Shown: positions 1 to 13,274, counted from the stretch's first letter. The stretch: 64,000 nucleotides of DNA from Amoebophrya sp. A120 (GCA_905178155.1 CAJINV010000010.1:3678587-3742586); one strand, 5' to 3'. The notes: generated by a model from the letters alone, not told the origin. Made by a program: numbers and translations.

Positions 1-3000
1 TGCTCTCGCTACCAGCCGCAGCAATACAAGCAACTTTCCGGCATCACAGATTCCGAACTCTACACAAGATCCTGGTGGACGACAGAGTTTTGCCTCGGTA
101 TGTATTGCAAATATGTGTCTGGAAGGTTGCAACTTGTAATGCTGTCTTTGGATTCTAAAAACATCTGTGATGCTGATGTTGCATGAACAGCAAGAGAAGT
201 TGATTTTGTGCTACGCGGAGACGGCATTTGTCATGCAGTATAGGCATCGGGATTCAGGAAGCCGAAGCCCTGAAAAAGTCTGTGATGCTAGAGCATGCAT
301 CCACAGACATCATGGGTCATGCAAAATGTGCATGACAAGTCTGGCACTCATTTTCCAGACCCTTACATATTTGCAATGCATACTCGGGGCAATCACCCAG
401 TTCCACGTGACAAAGTCCGGGCAGGCGCACGGGTCCAGGATAGGCTTGGGTTACTTGAAGCCGGCGGATTTGATATGCAATGCAAAAGTATCGTACTGCA
501 GTTATGCATCACAAATCCAGATGTTACGCATTACAATTTCCATTTCTGGTGCTGAGGAAATTTGTATTGCAATCACTACTAGCACGATGCTTTGGCAGTT
601 CACATTTGACGATGACAAACAACGCGCTGTTGCATATCAGAAGGAAAAATCCCCCCTCCCCATATCGAAACGGAGATCTGTGATGCAGATTTGTGGTCAC
701 AAATCAGCTTTGCCGTGCTAGAAGGGAAAAGATGCGGACTGTAGTGCCGATTGGCGTGGGAAAGCCTTGCATCTTCAGCATGACAGGAGGCAGCTGGAAG
801 GGGGAAACAGCATGACAAATCGCCTGCAAAGAAGGCCACAACTGCGGCTCTTGGCCTTCTAGCATGACAAGTCGATTTGTGTACTGAAATACAGCATCAC
901 AAATTGCGTTTTCGATATGGGGAGGGGGGATTTTTCCTGTAGATATTGCAAACTGTGGAGGGCGGGACGTGCTCGAGTCAATTTCAAGTTTTCACGGTAT
1001 AGAACACCAGATTGTTCGGAACGGTTTTTGTATCGCGTAAAAATGATCCCGCTTCCTGAAGTGCATGTTGTGAATGCGCGTGCTGGATGACAAAATTGAT
1101 TGGAAATGAAAACAGCTTTCCGCCAAGTGGCTGGAGCAGCAAGTCCCAGTGGGTGGACACGCCTCGCGTGTCACTTCATCTTTTCCACAGGAAACATGAT
1201 GGCTGAGCTTTGGAAATGCCGCAACACCAGGACCAGAAGCAGGCCACAGCGCCTTCGTTCTGTGCGTTGTCGTTCAGATGGCCGGACGCTGTGTCGTGGG
1301 CCCGCTCTTCGAACAGTGGCCGGGCCGCCTCCTTGACCGGGGCTCGACGAGGCCCTTCGCCCGGAAGAGGAGGCCCGGCAAGGGGGGTGGTCGGGGGGGT
1401 GCATTTTTGCCCCCTTCGGAAACCCCTTTCGGGTACCCCTTCCGGGTACTCCTTCGGTAGCCTATGCCGACCCCCTAATCTCCATTGGAAACTGCCGATT
1501 TTGCGTGCCCCAAAATGGTAGCCCAGAGGCAGCCCAAGCGGACCCCCCTACCCCCCCCCTTCGGCACCCCCCCCGGAAACACTTGACTGCTGGTGCGTCC
1601 GCCTCCTCAATATCCGGCGGGCCGGAGAGGGGAGATGAGAAGATATCTGGGCGCGTCCGGAATTGAATGTGGGAGAGGGGGCGCGGCTTCCCGCAGCAGA
1701 GGGCCGCAGGCCGGTGCAAGTCCAACAAAGTGCTGTGGTTTTATTGGAAAAAAGGGATGGCCGGATGGCGGACCGTAGCACCGAAGTGTGGCGCCAACAT
1801 CTACATGGCCAACGGGAAAAAAAGCCGTAGCGACACCCCCAAAAGCCAGAATATTTTTGCCCCCCCAAAATGCGCGCTTGCAAAAATGATGATATTTGCC
1901 GACTTTTCCGCCCTAACAACAAATCAGCTTTCCGCTAAGTGGCTGGAGCAGCAAGTCCCGGTCAATGATGACGACTCCGCAGACGAGCATCTTCGCGGTT
2001 ACGGCGGCACCTTCAACCCGTTGCACGTGGAGGGGTTTGAAGGTCGTCTGGTGCAGAACGAGGCGGACAAGAACGTATCAAATGTAAAAATGGCTGGGTC
2101 TGGAAGAGTTGGAACTTGTGATGCAAACTCTGGAACAGACAAAAATTTGTGTTGCATGAGCGCCAGAAGCTGCCCACTTCAACTTCTTGGTACGCAAGTA
2201 GCAAGTTTCTCATGCGGGACAGGCATCATGAGGCGTGCTCAAAACCTGTGATGCTTTTGCCTGCATCAGACACCATTTGCGTGATCCGAAATATGCATGA
2301 CAAGTCTCGGAATCTTCCAGACCCAGACACTTTTGCATTTCATAGAACGTCTACGGCTGCAACGAATACAAGCAGAAAGTAGAACCCGGGTCCATCATGG
2401 TCGTCAAAAGAGGTAACTTATCAAATGCAAATATGTCTGGGTGGTCTGGAAGAGTGCGCGATTTGTCATGGAGCTTTTCCATGACGCATGAGGTCTGGAA
2501 TGCAGGGCCTAGCATGACAGATTCTGTGCGATCTCTATCATGCGTAGCCTGCATGAGAGACCCCCTCCCGACGTGGTCAAAACCGGGCGACTTTTGGGAA
2601 TCATGCAACACAGAGTTTTGCATGATTCGGATTTAGCATGACAAAATGTATTCTTCCAGACCCGGACATTTTTGCACTGGATATAGCTGCTGGTTCCACG
2701 AGAAAGCGCTCCGGGCGCAGAACGCAGGGGCGAGGGGAGTCATCATCGCGTATTACCGTGAAAAATGCCCCCACGACCCCGAAAGTTTGAATAATTTGTG
2801 ATGCGACCATTGTTCCAAATGAAAACTTTTTGCCATGCATGAAAGGACTGCGAATCTTTCTGATTCGAAGTCTAGTCGTATAGTCAGCATCGCTTGCATG
2901 ACAAGCGCCGCTCTTGCTGGGGTCTCTTGCAATACAGATTTTTGCTATATTCGCGATGGGAAATCTGCGATGCTGATACATGCAAGAGGGCGAGTGTTTC

Positions 3001-4848
3001 CATTGCAAAGTTTCGCAATACAAATGCTCCCAAGTAGTAGTTCTGGGGTGGGGGCATTTTTCTTCACAATATCGCGAACGACGATCGACCCATGGCGGAT
3101 ATCATGGAGGTTTATTAGCGTACACAGATAAAGCTTTTTTGATCTATGAAGTCACTCTAGCATGAGAAATAAATGCTCTGATGCATGGTCCGCATGAGAA
3201 ATAATTGAAGTTCCCAAATAAAAACATGGTTCCACATCCTCTAGGGCGTCGACACGCTCCCGGCCCCCCACATCATGTCCGTGCTGGTTAACCAGCAGCT
3301 GGGGAAGAAGTTACTGGAAATATGCAGTGCAAATATGTCTAGACGTCTGGAAGGATGCAAGCTTTGTCATGCTTGTCTGGCATGACCGAAGATCTTGTGA
3401 TGCGTGTTCAAGAAAGAGACCCTGTTGCCTGTCGTGCAAAGACGCAGTTTGTCATACGGAAAGCGCAACACTAAGCCGCGAAAATATTTCTCATGCTTGG
3501 CTGTGCATTACAGAGCATTCACCGTTCGCAAGCCAGCATTACAAGTTTCCAGACCCAGACGTCATATTTGCATTTGATAGGAAAACGCGAAGGGGAGCCC
3601 GTTCGTCAAAGTGAAAAAACACGTGGATGACGAGGTGCAAACGAAATCGCTGACGACCTTTGTCACGCTGTACTGCAGTTCTGAATGGGACCAACCGGTG
3701 TGTCCGAAGGGCACAACTGTTGAAATTTTCATGGACGACACGTGGAAGCGAGGGGTGGTGGAGAAGGAGCTGCCGGATTTGAACCACCTGCTGATTGTCC
3801 ACGGAAAGCAGGCGGCGGTCGAGAAAGTACTTATAGTTATACTGCGGTTTTCGTAGTCTTTGTCTTGGTCTTGTACAACTAGGCTTCGCATTATAATCTT
3901 CACTGATTTATAATTCATGCCTGTATAATAGCGGTACTGTATAATCTATGCGCAACATTCTGTCGATGACAAAGTCTATCATCTTGATCTCATCGTCATC
4001 TCTTCTGAAAATCAAAGATCGTCCACCGCAACTCCGTGCATCGACTTCCGGATTTCATGCCCTGCACGCCCTCCCCAGTCTATCAAAAGGAAAAATCCCT
4101 CCTCCCCATATCGAAAACGGAATTTGTGATGCTGTATTTGAGTACACAAATCGACTTGTAATGCTAGAAGGCCAAGAGACGCAGCTGTGGCCTCGTTTGC
4201 AGGTAATTTGTCATGCTGTTTCCCACTTCCAGCTGCCCCCTGTCATGCTGAAGATGCAAGGCTTTCCCACGCCAACCAGTACTACAGTGCGCATCTTTTC
4301 CGTTCTAGCACGACAAAGCTGATTTGTGACCACAAATCTGCATCGCAAATCTCTAGTTTGAGTATGGGGTGGGGGGATTTTTCTTTTTGATACAGTCCGC
4401 GTCGAGTTCGTGGAGGAGCCCAAAAACTGCCAGTCCAACATTAAAGTTCACGTTGCGATATGCAAGGAAAAAACTATGTAAGTGTAAGTCTGTGACGCAA
4501 AAGATGCAACACAGCTACGCTTGTCATGCTCCGCATGCAGGATAAGCTCATTTCCTACGTGTTTATTCCCCGTCCTATCTGCGCATGACAAGTTTTTCCT
4601 GTCATAGCAGACAAACTTGTGATGCTGTTTTGGCAAAAGACCTACACTAGTAACACAGTTTTTTTCTTGGATACGCGAGTCTCTGCGGCCACAACAGTCT
4701 GCTCCCGCAGCAGAAGACCAAAACGGAGAAAATCCGCTGCGGCTTACCTGACACGAGTAACCAGCTGGTGCACTATTTGAACCGGGTCGGGAGGAGGTTG
4801 AGCGATCCCGAGGACGGCGGGGAGAAGAAAACGAGGGAGGAGTTATAG
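1..4848 (+). CDS. 5'-truncated ER lectin-like protein: MRH (OS-9/PRKCSH-like) domain interrupted by a PA domain, C-terminal REEL
   Basis: Manual splicing of 9 introners and GT-AG introns 997-1927, 3110-3244 and 3827-4017 gives one frame. It contains WWTTEFCLGAITQFH, LLQTVEGGTC, YGCNEYKQKVEPGSIMVVKRGNCWFHEKALRAQNAGARGVII (PA domain), TTFVTLYC and VEFVEEPKNCQSNIKVHVASLC, and ends KTREEL* (TAG 4846-4848). Confidence 0.75.
99..382. mobile_element. Introner family A
   Basis: TIR TATGTATTGCAAATATG/CATATTTGCAATGCATA; TSD CTCGG. Confidence 0.9.
474..604. mobile_element. Introner family C
   Basis: Left end TATGCAATGCAAAAGTATCGTAC; right end degenerate (CACA); TSD TTTGA. Confidence 0.85.
635..945. 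mobile_element. Introner family B
   Basis: TIR ...GGAAAAATCCCCCTCCCCATATCGAAA; TSD TTGCA. Confidence 0.9.
2076..2344. mobile_element. Introner family A
   Basis: TIR TATCAAATGTAAAAATG.CTGGGTCTGGAAG; TSD GAACG. Confidence 0.9.
2419..2683. mobile_element. Introner family A
   Basis: Family A TIRs; imperfect TSD TAACT/TAGCT. Confidence 0.88.
2751..3071. mobile_element. Introner family E
   Basis: TIR ...AAAAATGCCCCCAC/GTGGGGGCATTTTT; TSD TCGCG. Confidence 0.9.
3321..3579. mobile_element. Introner family A
   Basis: Family A TIRs; TSD GGAAA. Confidence 0.88.
4081..4392. mobile_element. Introner family B (opposite orientation to 635-945)
   Basis: Family B TIRs; TSD CAGTC. Confidence 0.9.
4459..4673. 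mobile_element. Introner, family H-like
   Basis: TIR TATGCAAGGAAAAAACT/AGTTTTTTTCTTGGATA; TSD TGCGA/CGCGA. Confidence 0.85.
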
Positions 4849-7372
4849 GGGCGGGATGGAGGAAGAGAGGGCTGGTTTGATGAAATCACGTGGCTGTTGG
4901 TGCGACATGATTTAGATTTTTTCACAGCTATTTAGAGCTACAATTACCAGCGACGAAAAGAAACGCATGCTTGAAGTCAGTACTTTTTCTCCCAACTGCC
5001 GTATCCCGGCGTAAGAATAAAAAGCAGAAGAGTCTTCTGTCAAGCGAGGGCTACGATTCGATGCTAAGTAAACTTCGTCCCAGGCACACATCCTGTACAT
5101 AGACTCTTTGGGGTCCAGATTGGATTGAGCGTTGTCACAAAGCGAATTTCGAAGAAAGAAAAAAGGTATAGTACAAATGAATGCGATTGAACAAAGACAC
5201 ACGATTGACCTTCGGGCACCACTCTCGATCGTGAACAAAGTTGGCGTGTTGATTGCGAAATGCGGACCAGAATGTTCGCTCTTGCGGGGGAGAGGGTGAA
5301 GCGGGCACCGTAAGAGGAAGACATCTGGTTGATGCTGTCGGAACTTATTCCCAGCGGGCGTTCATCTCGCTGAAAAAAAAAACAAGAGGCGCCGGCATTT
5401 TCGGCGCGCGGCGCAATGGGATCGCGCCGACAATTAGCCGGAGAGTGGCGCCGCCGGCGGGGGGAATCGCCCGCGGGCCGCTGATTCCGGTGAGGAACTA
5501 CCCGCGCCAAAGCGGGGCGCTGTTCTTCACGTGGGGCAATGGAGCTGCATCGCGCGGGGGCAAAGAGGCCCGCGGGCGTCTAAGTAGTCACGCCAAGAGC
5601 AGCGCCCGCCAGCGCTTCAAAATCCCGCCGAAGCTGTTCGGGGCGTGGCGCAGAGTTTGGCGGGCCGGCCGCGGCATCGCGCGCAGCCAGCGGCTGCGCG
5701 CGCCCGGCCGGCCGCGGTGCGGCCGGGGCTAAACCGTTCAAAGAGGGTGTCCACGTTTCTCGCCTGCTGCGGGACTCTGAGCCCCGCAGCAGGTGAGAAA
5801 CGTGAGAACACCCAAAACCAGAGTAGGAGCAGCGGGAAGATTGGCAGGGCCCGCAGCAGAAGCCCGGCAAACAGAAGAAGCAGGGGTAGAAGCGGGCCGA
5901 AGCGCGCAGCTGATGCCGTTGCGGGGTGCCCTGCCTTCTTCAAGGGCGAGAAGCCCACGCACTCGCGACCTTCCAGACCTGGCGCGCCTGGGCGGGCTGA
6001 TACGTCGGGCGAGCAATGGATCACGCGGCCGGGAGATGCGTGGGGCCTTGGGGTTTTGCAATCTCCGGGCCTTACGCGGCCGCAGGCTTGCGCGTGGTTG
6101 GAAATTGGTCAGCGGAGGTGGGCACTATTGCGAAGGGCGCTCCATTTCGGAAGACCCAATCGAAGCCCTCGGGCGTTTGGACATGGAGCAGGGCGGCGCG
6201 TATGGCCAGGCTGCCGGCTTTCCCAGTAAAGCCGTGAACGAGCAGGCGGCTTCAAGGGGCATAGGCCAAGGCTTGGCGGTAGCGGATTTTTCGGAGGTGG
6301 CGGGGCGCCTGGCGCACAGGCGCAGCAGAACAGGAATAGGAACGCGCCAACGTACGGCGCCGCCGCCCTTCGGCGTCAAGCAGCGCAGGCAAATGCCTGA
6401 AGCCGTGCCGCCGGCGCCGCGCCCAGACAGGTGCCCCCGCTCGGCCGCCGCGGGGGCCGGCGTGCTCCTTTGGCGGGCCCCGCCGGCCCATTTTCCGGGC
6501 CGTCGAGCCCCATACGCTAGCGCGGGAAGTTCGACGGCGTCGGGCGGCCCTACCTGTGGCCCTTTGTTGCCCAAGTGCGGAGCCGCGTCCCGCGCTTCTG
6601 GTGCAGGCTTGGGCGCATGATGCTGATAGAAGACGACGACGAGGCTCAGGGGACGACGGCGCGAACTATTCCGATCTAGAACAGGCCCAGGGGGCAGGCT
6701 CGCCGCCATTTTCTTGCGGCCGGCGGGCTGCCCAGTGCCCGCGGGCCGCTGCTGCAGCCGGCCGCGTCCGCTGCGTGCGCGCGCCCGGCCGGGGCGCCTC
6801 CCGCCACCCGCGCTGGGGCTGGCGGAGGAGCCGGACGGCCGGGGGTCTGGTGTCTGTGTGGCCCATCGAGGGCGCCGGCGAATGCCGCGAAGGCCCCGGC
6901 GCGGCAGTCTGTGCCGTGCACGCAGTGTGTGCCCTGCATCGGGGGCACTCGCCGCGCCGTCCGGTACGTACCTGTGGCTGGCCTGGCGCCGTGTATCTAC
7001 GCCGCCTTCCTTCTCGGTCATCGTGGCCTGTTTTTCTGGTTCCCGGCACTGGATCCACGTGGCCTCTTGAGACAAACGTAACTCAATCATGCCGATTGCA
7101 GCTATGCAAAATTAGCGATGGCTCTTCTACTTGTTTTGTTCGTTGAGGGCCGCGCACTGATATGTGAGGAAAGACAAGAGAGGACTCCGTGTAGCAGTTG
7201 GTGCGATTGGGATTGAGAGACGGTCTTGCGCTCAGCTGTTACCCGTTGTGTGTTGGCCCGTACTGGTACTTCTGACTACGGAAATCGTTTATGTGAATTT
7301 TAACCTCCGTCCGTGGGTGCTCCCAGTCTATCTTCTCTTCATCTTCATCACGATTTCCATCTAGACACCAAG

Positions 7373-10300
7373 ATGGACTCCCTCACCGTCGCCACGCAGC
7401 ACGTGATTTCCCAGAGACAGGAGGAGCTCTGGGCGGACGCCAAGATCGACGGACGCGCAGTGTTTTCGAAAAGGGAAAGCTACAAGCTGCACAAACCCAG
7501 ACTGGTCTCCTTGCAACAGGACATTGCGAGAATCTTGCTGCTTGTCCGCGCGAGTTTGAGCCATGAATTTGTTGTTAATACGAGAACTTCCACGAAGAAC
7601 TCCTGCACCAGCAGCAGCAGCACAACCTCCGGTGAATGTGATGCGGACCTCCGGCTGCGAATTGCAGATGAAGCAGCGCCTCCTGTCTCCGAAAACATCT
7701 TTTCCCGTTTTTTTGGCGGTGACATTGGGGTCTTAACCCACGTCGCGAACCATTTAGCCGGCGTTGGCCTAGTGCTGGGGTTTTTCCAGAAGTGCTACGA
7801 ACTCGTTTTGCGGCGAAAGAACCAGAAAAATGATCATGGTGAGCAGCTGGAAGCTTCTGGATCAGAAGGGAAAAATTCAAAAACTCCTGAGGCAGCGCCA
7901 GAAAATAGTACACATCGAATTTCATCCAAGAAGATCAACCTGATCCTCCGCAAACGCCCGCTGCTCAGCGAATCAGAGATACAGCAGAACGAGTGGTCGG
8001 TTGTCTCCAAATTCGAGCAGGACGCTCTGCACGTGTGTGAGGGGAGAGTTGCGTACAACAACCGCAGGCTGCAACTGCATTTGTCGCATCACTACGGCGA
8101 CAAGGTTCTCTGCGACGAGGAGAAGCTGCTCTCGGCGGACTGCGTGCGGAATAGCTTGGAAAAATTGAGCGAGTTTTGCAGTTGCGCAAGACCACCATCC
8201 CCAGGCGGTAGAGCCGCTATATCTTCCTCTTACGTCGAGGGGAAAAGTTGTGATGCAAGTTCCGCTAATATGAAGAGCTCAGCCTCATCCTCAACCACCT
8301 ACCTCTGCTACGGGCAGACCGGTTCCGGGAAAACGTTTACGATGAAGGAGCTTGTGCACGACGTGTTTGGAAAAATGCAAGAACTGAGGGAGGACAGAAA
8401 CCAGGATAACAAGGATCACGTTGTTGACAGCCCGACAGTACGAAATCCGAATCTAAAATGCCGGATGCAGTGTTTCGAGGTCTTGCATAAGCAAAATACG
8501 GTTTTTGACCTACTTTCGCAACGGAAAAAAGTGAAAATCTTGGAGGACGAATTTCGCAAAGTGCACGTAAAGGCGAAGTGGGAGGAGATCGACCTTTGTC
8601 TTCATGCGGGAATGAATGCATCAGAAGGATCAAGATCAACCTCTTCCTGGCAACACGTATTCGACATCGCGTTGCAAGAACGGCTCTCCGAAGCGACAGA
8701 GAGGAACGCAAATTCTTCCCGGAGTCACGCTTTTTTCGTGTTTGAGTTCTACTACGAGGTAGATGGTGAGGAAGATGCTGATGCTTCTAGTGGTGCTAAT
8801 GCTAACGCAACTACAGCAGAAGTTTTTTCTACTTCTGAAAATAAAACTTCCAAGCCGACGTGCGCATACGATGAAATGACCCGCCCGGGCGAACCGCTAG
8901 AAGATGAACCTGCTAAGGTAAAACTCCCACCTAGAAGAAGAATAACCCACACGGTTCGGATTATTGATTTAGCGGGGTCGGAAAGGAATTTCGAAACGCA
9001 GCAAATGACGGCGGAGCAGCACAGGCATTCCGCGATGATCAATTCGAGTTTGATGACATTGAAGACCTGCATGCGGCTTCTAGCGGCGGAGCAAACAGGT
9101 TCCGCTTCTTCTACTAGTGGCGGAGCAGCAAAAATGAAAAAACAGATCACAACGAAAATCAAAATCCCCTTCCGCGAGTCGAGGCTGACGCATTTGCTGC
9201 AGGATTGTTTTCAACAGGAGGAGCAGGAGAACATCAAGAAAAATTATCCCCTGGCAGAACAAGTAGACAGTGTTGATGTTGAGCAGGTCAAAAACAGAAG
9301 CACGCACTGCAGTACGAGCAACTCCCTGATTATCATCGCCTGCATTTCCCCCTCCGCGAGAGACGCGGTGCATTCCCGGAACACTTTGTCCCACGTTTGT
9401 GAGATGGTTTACGGGGAAAATTGCTGCCCGGAAACGGTTTTAGACCTTCCCATCACTCTCTCGGGCCACGATCGGAAGAGGGTGGAAGACTGGTCGGAAG
9501 AGGATGTGCAGAACTGGCTCGGCTCGGTGGCCAGTGGAAGGTTTGTATCAAAAGGAAAAATCCCCCTCCCCATATTGAAAAGCAAATCTGTGATGCTGGA
9601 TTTGTGTACACAAATCAGATTGTCTTGTTGGAGTGGAGGACTGCAGGCCCATTTATCTCATGCCAATGTAGAAAGAGAGGTTTTGGCCTACGCACTTAGC
9701 ATGAGGAACGTCTATACTGTAGGCCCAACAGCATTACAGACCGCCTGCATAATGGGGCGGAGCCTATGCCGTTGCTTTCTTGCAAGACAGACGCGATTTG
9801 TGGCCACAAATCAGCAGCGCAATTTCTCTGAAGCGTGCCTTTTCGATATGGGGGGGGTTTTTCCGTGCGATAGTTTGCGCGGATCGTTTTGCCGGATGGG
9901 TTCAAGGATGGGAAGGGGTTGGTGAAGTTGTGTTGCGGAACTGCAGCAAGTAAAACTTCTGCTAGGCCAGGATTTTCAACAGCAAATAACAGAGTGATGG
10001 ACGAGCAGCAGCAACAGCAAACTTCTGATGCAGAAGTTTCAGCATCAGGATCAGGAACAACTAGTTCTTCCTCTAGCTCCGGCACAACATCTTCTGCAAC
10101 CGCCGCTGGTGGCACGGGGGATGGTAGTGCAACTACTAATACGACTTCTCCGGCTGCTGGTGTGGAACGAGATGAGCAAGTAGAAATGGAAAATCAATCG
10201 TTTCAATTTTACCAGATTTTCGAGACGGACCAGTTGCGTAAAGCGCGAGTCACGGAGGAAGGTGCGAGCTGGAACATCGCGGGCCCGGAGCAGGTCACGA

Positions 10301-10630
10301 TGATCATGGAACTGTTTCGGAATTTGGTTTATCAAATGCAAATATGTCTGGGTCTAGAAGGTTGGAACTTGTACTGCTAGCTTTCCATACCTAGCCCTAG
10401 GAAATCTGTATTGCATAACCAACAAAATTCGCAGCCTCTTTTGTACATGCAAACACGCAGCTTCTCATGCGGATTGCCTATGAGAAAGCGTTGTGGAAAG
10501 TTGTTATGCTAGATTGCATTCGAAACTGTTTCTATCATCCACGTTTTAGCATCACAAGTTTCCAGACCCAGACATTTTTGCATTTCATATGGTTTTGGCT
10601 GAGGTGAAAGCGAACACGGATGATTTTTAG
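7373..10630 (+). CDS. Kinesin motor protein (kinesin-13-like) with a SAM-like C-terminal segment
   Basis: Motifs RKRPL, YGQTGSGKTFTM, NANSSRSHA, IIDLAGSER, IPFRESRLTHLLQDCF and IACISP. Exons 7373-9545, 9878-10329 and 10595-10630 join in frame after removing two introners. Confidence 0.9.
9546..9872. mobile_element. Introner family B
   Basis: Family B TIRs; TSD GTTTG. Confidence 0.9.
10330..10589. mobile_element. Introner family A
   Basis: Family A TIRs; TSD TGGTT. Confidence 0.9.
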
Positions 10631-10647
10631 AAAAGACCACACAACGA

Positions 10648-10901
10648 TATAACCCACTCAGGTGTTACAATCTCAAACGTTACAATAGAATCTGAGATTT
10701 GTCTTGCATGATGAGCATGACAGACTCGCAGAGCGTTCCACTTTCTGCAATACAAACTTCGCCAGATTGTAGTGGGGTTTGGGGCTCCGGAACTTGTCAT
10801 GCGCAATGCGATGAGAGTTGGCTAGATCATGCACTCTTGCATCACAGATTTCCATATTCTATGGTAACCGATTTGAGATTGTAACACCTGAGCGGGTTAT
10901 A
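10648..10901. mobile_element. Introner/MITE family I, in the kinesin 3' UTR
   Basis: 30-bp TIR TATAACCC(A/G)CTCAGGTGTTACAATCTCAAA with 1 mismatch; TSD AACGA. Confidence 0.9.
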
Positions 10902-11718
10902 AACGACGGACCGACAAGCTGCTCCTGCTGTGTGCGATTTCGTTATTCGCTCATAGGACGCTGAACTACCTGAACGGATCATGCAGATCGAAGATCACTC
11001 AATGGGGGTTAATCTTCATGAAACAAAATAAACTAAAAAAAAGAAAAATATTCTGTCGCATTTTCGTTGCAAGGTCTTGCGCAGTCTGTCGCACGCATGT
11101 AGTAGAAATAAAGGTTGCCCGGCCACGGCCTAAGTTAGAGGATCCTTCCTGTGGATCCGTAACGCGTCGAGAAAAGAATATGCTGATGATAGAGATCGTG
11201 ATCAAAACCCAGATCCGGATTTCCTGAAGATCATGAGACGAAGGAAAAAATAAACGAGTGATCGACAGTAAGTATCGACCGGAAGTAATCAGTGTATTTT
11301 ATGTCCACGAGCAGGAACTACAGGATCATCCGAAAGCAGGAGCAGATATAGATCTTGATGAGATCCTGATCCACCAGTCTGTCGGAATTGAACAAATACA
11401 TCGATCGTGGTTCTTCCTTCAAAATACGGTCCTTCTCGTACTAAGGCAAACGTTGCTCACGTTCAATCGCTAGCACAACCGCTCGAATTTTTGAATTAGA
11501 CCCTCAGGAAGATGATGTTTCTTGTTCGGAGCTAGCGTAGTACCGATATTAGCCAACAATTCACATGCAAAGAGCTTTCTTTTTTTTTCTGCCACGTGCT
11601 GTCGACCATATTTATTACTCGAGCCTAAGCGATAGACTTCTACTTTCGAAATAGAAGTACTACACATTGCTTCTTGTCACTTCTAAGAAACAACGATAGA
11701 AGTAGCACACTAGAAAAA

Positions 11719-12852
11719 ATGCGCGTGCTCTTCCCCGGCGAGAGCGCCGGACAACAAGAACCCCAGCAAGGCTCAGCCCCTTTCACCTCCATACGACCAG
11801 CGACTACATCTTCCAGCTCTACTTCCTGCATTACCGCGATTATAGCAGAGAAAACGAAAAACGACCAGTCGAACCCCTGTTCCCCCTACCGACCCCGGCC
11901 GGGCGACGACTGCTTAGGAATTGTTCTGTCGAAACGCGGCGAGGTATTCAAACTCGACATTGGGTCGATTTCCCCAGCGGAGTTGTCCGAAACGGCGTTC
12001 AACGGGGCGACGAAGAGGAACAAACCGAGCCTGGAAATCGGGGACACGATTTTCTGCCATGTGGAAACCGTGCTGGACGGGGTTGCAAATGTATAGAGTT
12101 AGTTTTTTTTTGCTCTTCTCAGACAGGTTCAGATTCAGATTCATGGAGCGGCCCCGTGCTGGAACCCTTCAGGTTGTCATGCGTGGTCACTGGTATTGCA
12201 TAATGCATTCCGCCGTGATTTCATCCTCATCTGGTTTGCTTGTTCCTTCTTCCCGTGCAATTATACAAATCTTCGAATCGCAAATCGAATGGCAAATTTT
12301 GTGAAACAGGTCTCCTGCACCGACGACGGTGGGAAGTCTTTCGTGACAAAGGAAACCCTGTACGGGGCGTTGCAGCACGGCTACATAATCGACCACTTCC
12401 CGGTTGCGGAGTTTTCGGAAAGAACAGACAAAACAAAAACACACAAGGTGGATGCTCTGCTCGATTCATCCACGAGTAATAAGGCCATTGCGCAGCAGCA
12501 GCAGCAGCAGCGAAAAAACCTCTTCCCCCGGATTTTTCGGAAACTGGAGAAGTCGTTCGTGTTCGAAGTGGCCGTCGGAATGAACAATCGGGTGTACATT
12601 AGGTCCAACAGCTCGCTGCAAGACACGTTTTTCCTCGGAAAACTTCTGGAAAAAATCGGCTGCGAGGGGTTGACAGATGCGCAGGTGGAGGTGGTGTTGC
12701 GACGAGTCGCGACCGAGCACGGGGTGCTGGCTGGGAAGTTGACAGGAGCTGCACAGGTGCAAAATTCCGTGTTTGGAAAGAAGAAGAACAATGCGTCGAA
12801 TAACAATGCTGAGAACAACAACATTTCTCTCGTCGAAGTCGGCGGTGGCTGA
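11719..12852 (+). CDS. RRP40: Exosome complex component RRP40 (EXOSC3)
   Basis: S1 domain YRPRPGDDCLGIV...FKLDIG...AFNGATKRNKPSLEIGD and KH-like FEVAVGMNNRVYI. One GT-AG intron at 12091-12309. Confidence 0.9.
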
Positions 12853-13274
12853 GAATTACAAGCGATTCATTTTTCTTTTGAACGAACAGAATTGCGACCT
12901 GATTTGTAGTCCGAATCGATGAAGAACGGAAATAGGAGATGACAAAAATCTTATTCTTCCGAGCCGTGGGATATTTTTATTTGATCCTTTACACTTGTGG
13001 TAGGGGCAGTGCTTGTCACTCCTGCAGCCACATCAGCGTGTTCGAGGAAAAAATGCTTAAAGGAAAAATCTGTAGTACGAGGCTCGAGCTGGAGCTTCTT
13101 CAAAAATAATCCACCTGAGCGTCTGGTGGCTTTTAAGCTGGAGAATTCATGATTTTGAGAGGTAAGATAGAAGAAGATGCAGAATTGATAATATTCTGCT
13201 GAGGGCGAGGAGTAGTTTCTTGTTTTCTGTCGTCTTGTTTTTACAGCGCTTGTTACAGCCGCTGTCCGAACAAG

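Noticed and set aside
2076-2344. Recurrent peptides such as KCKNVWVWK, LPDPDIF and MSGSGR as a protein repeat family
   Set aside because: They are read-through translations of the family A TIR, not coding sequence.
5253-7146. Overlapping 130-320 aa ORFs in a GC-rich tract (likewise 29919-31094 and 44368-46419)
   Set aside because: They are open in most frames because of high GC, give Arg/Pro/Gly/Ala low-complexity products, and show no homology cues.
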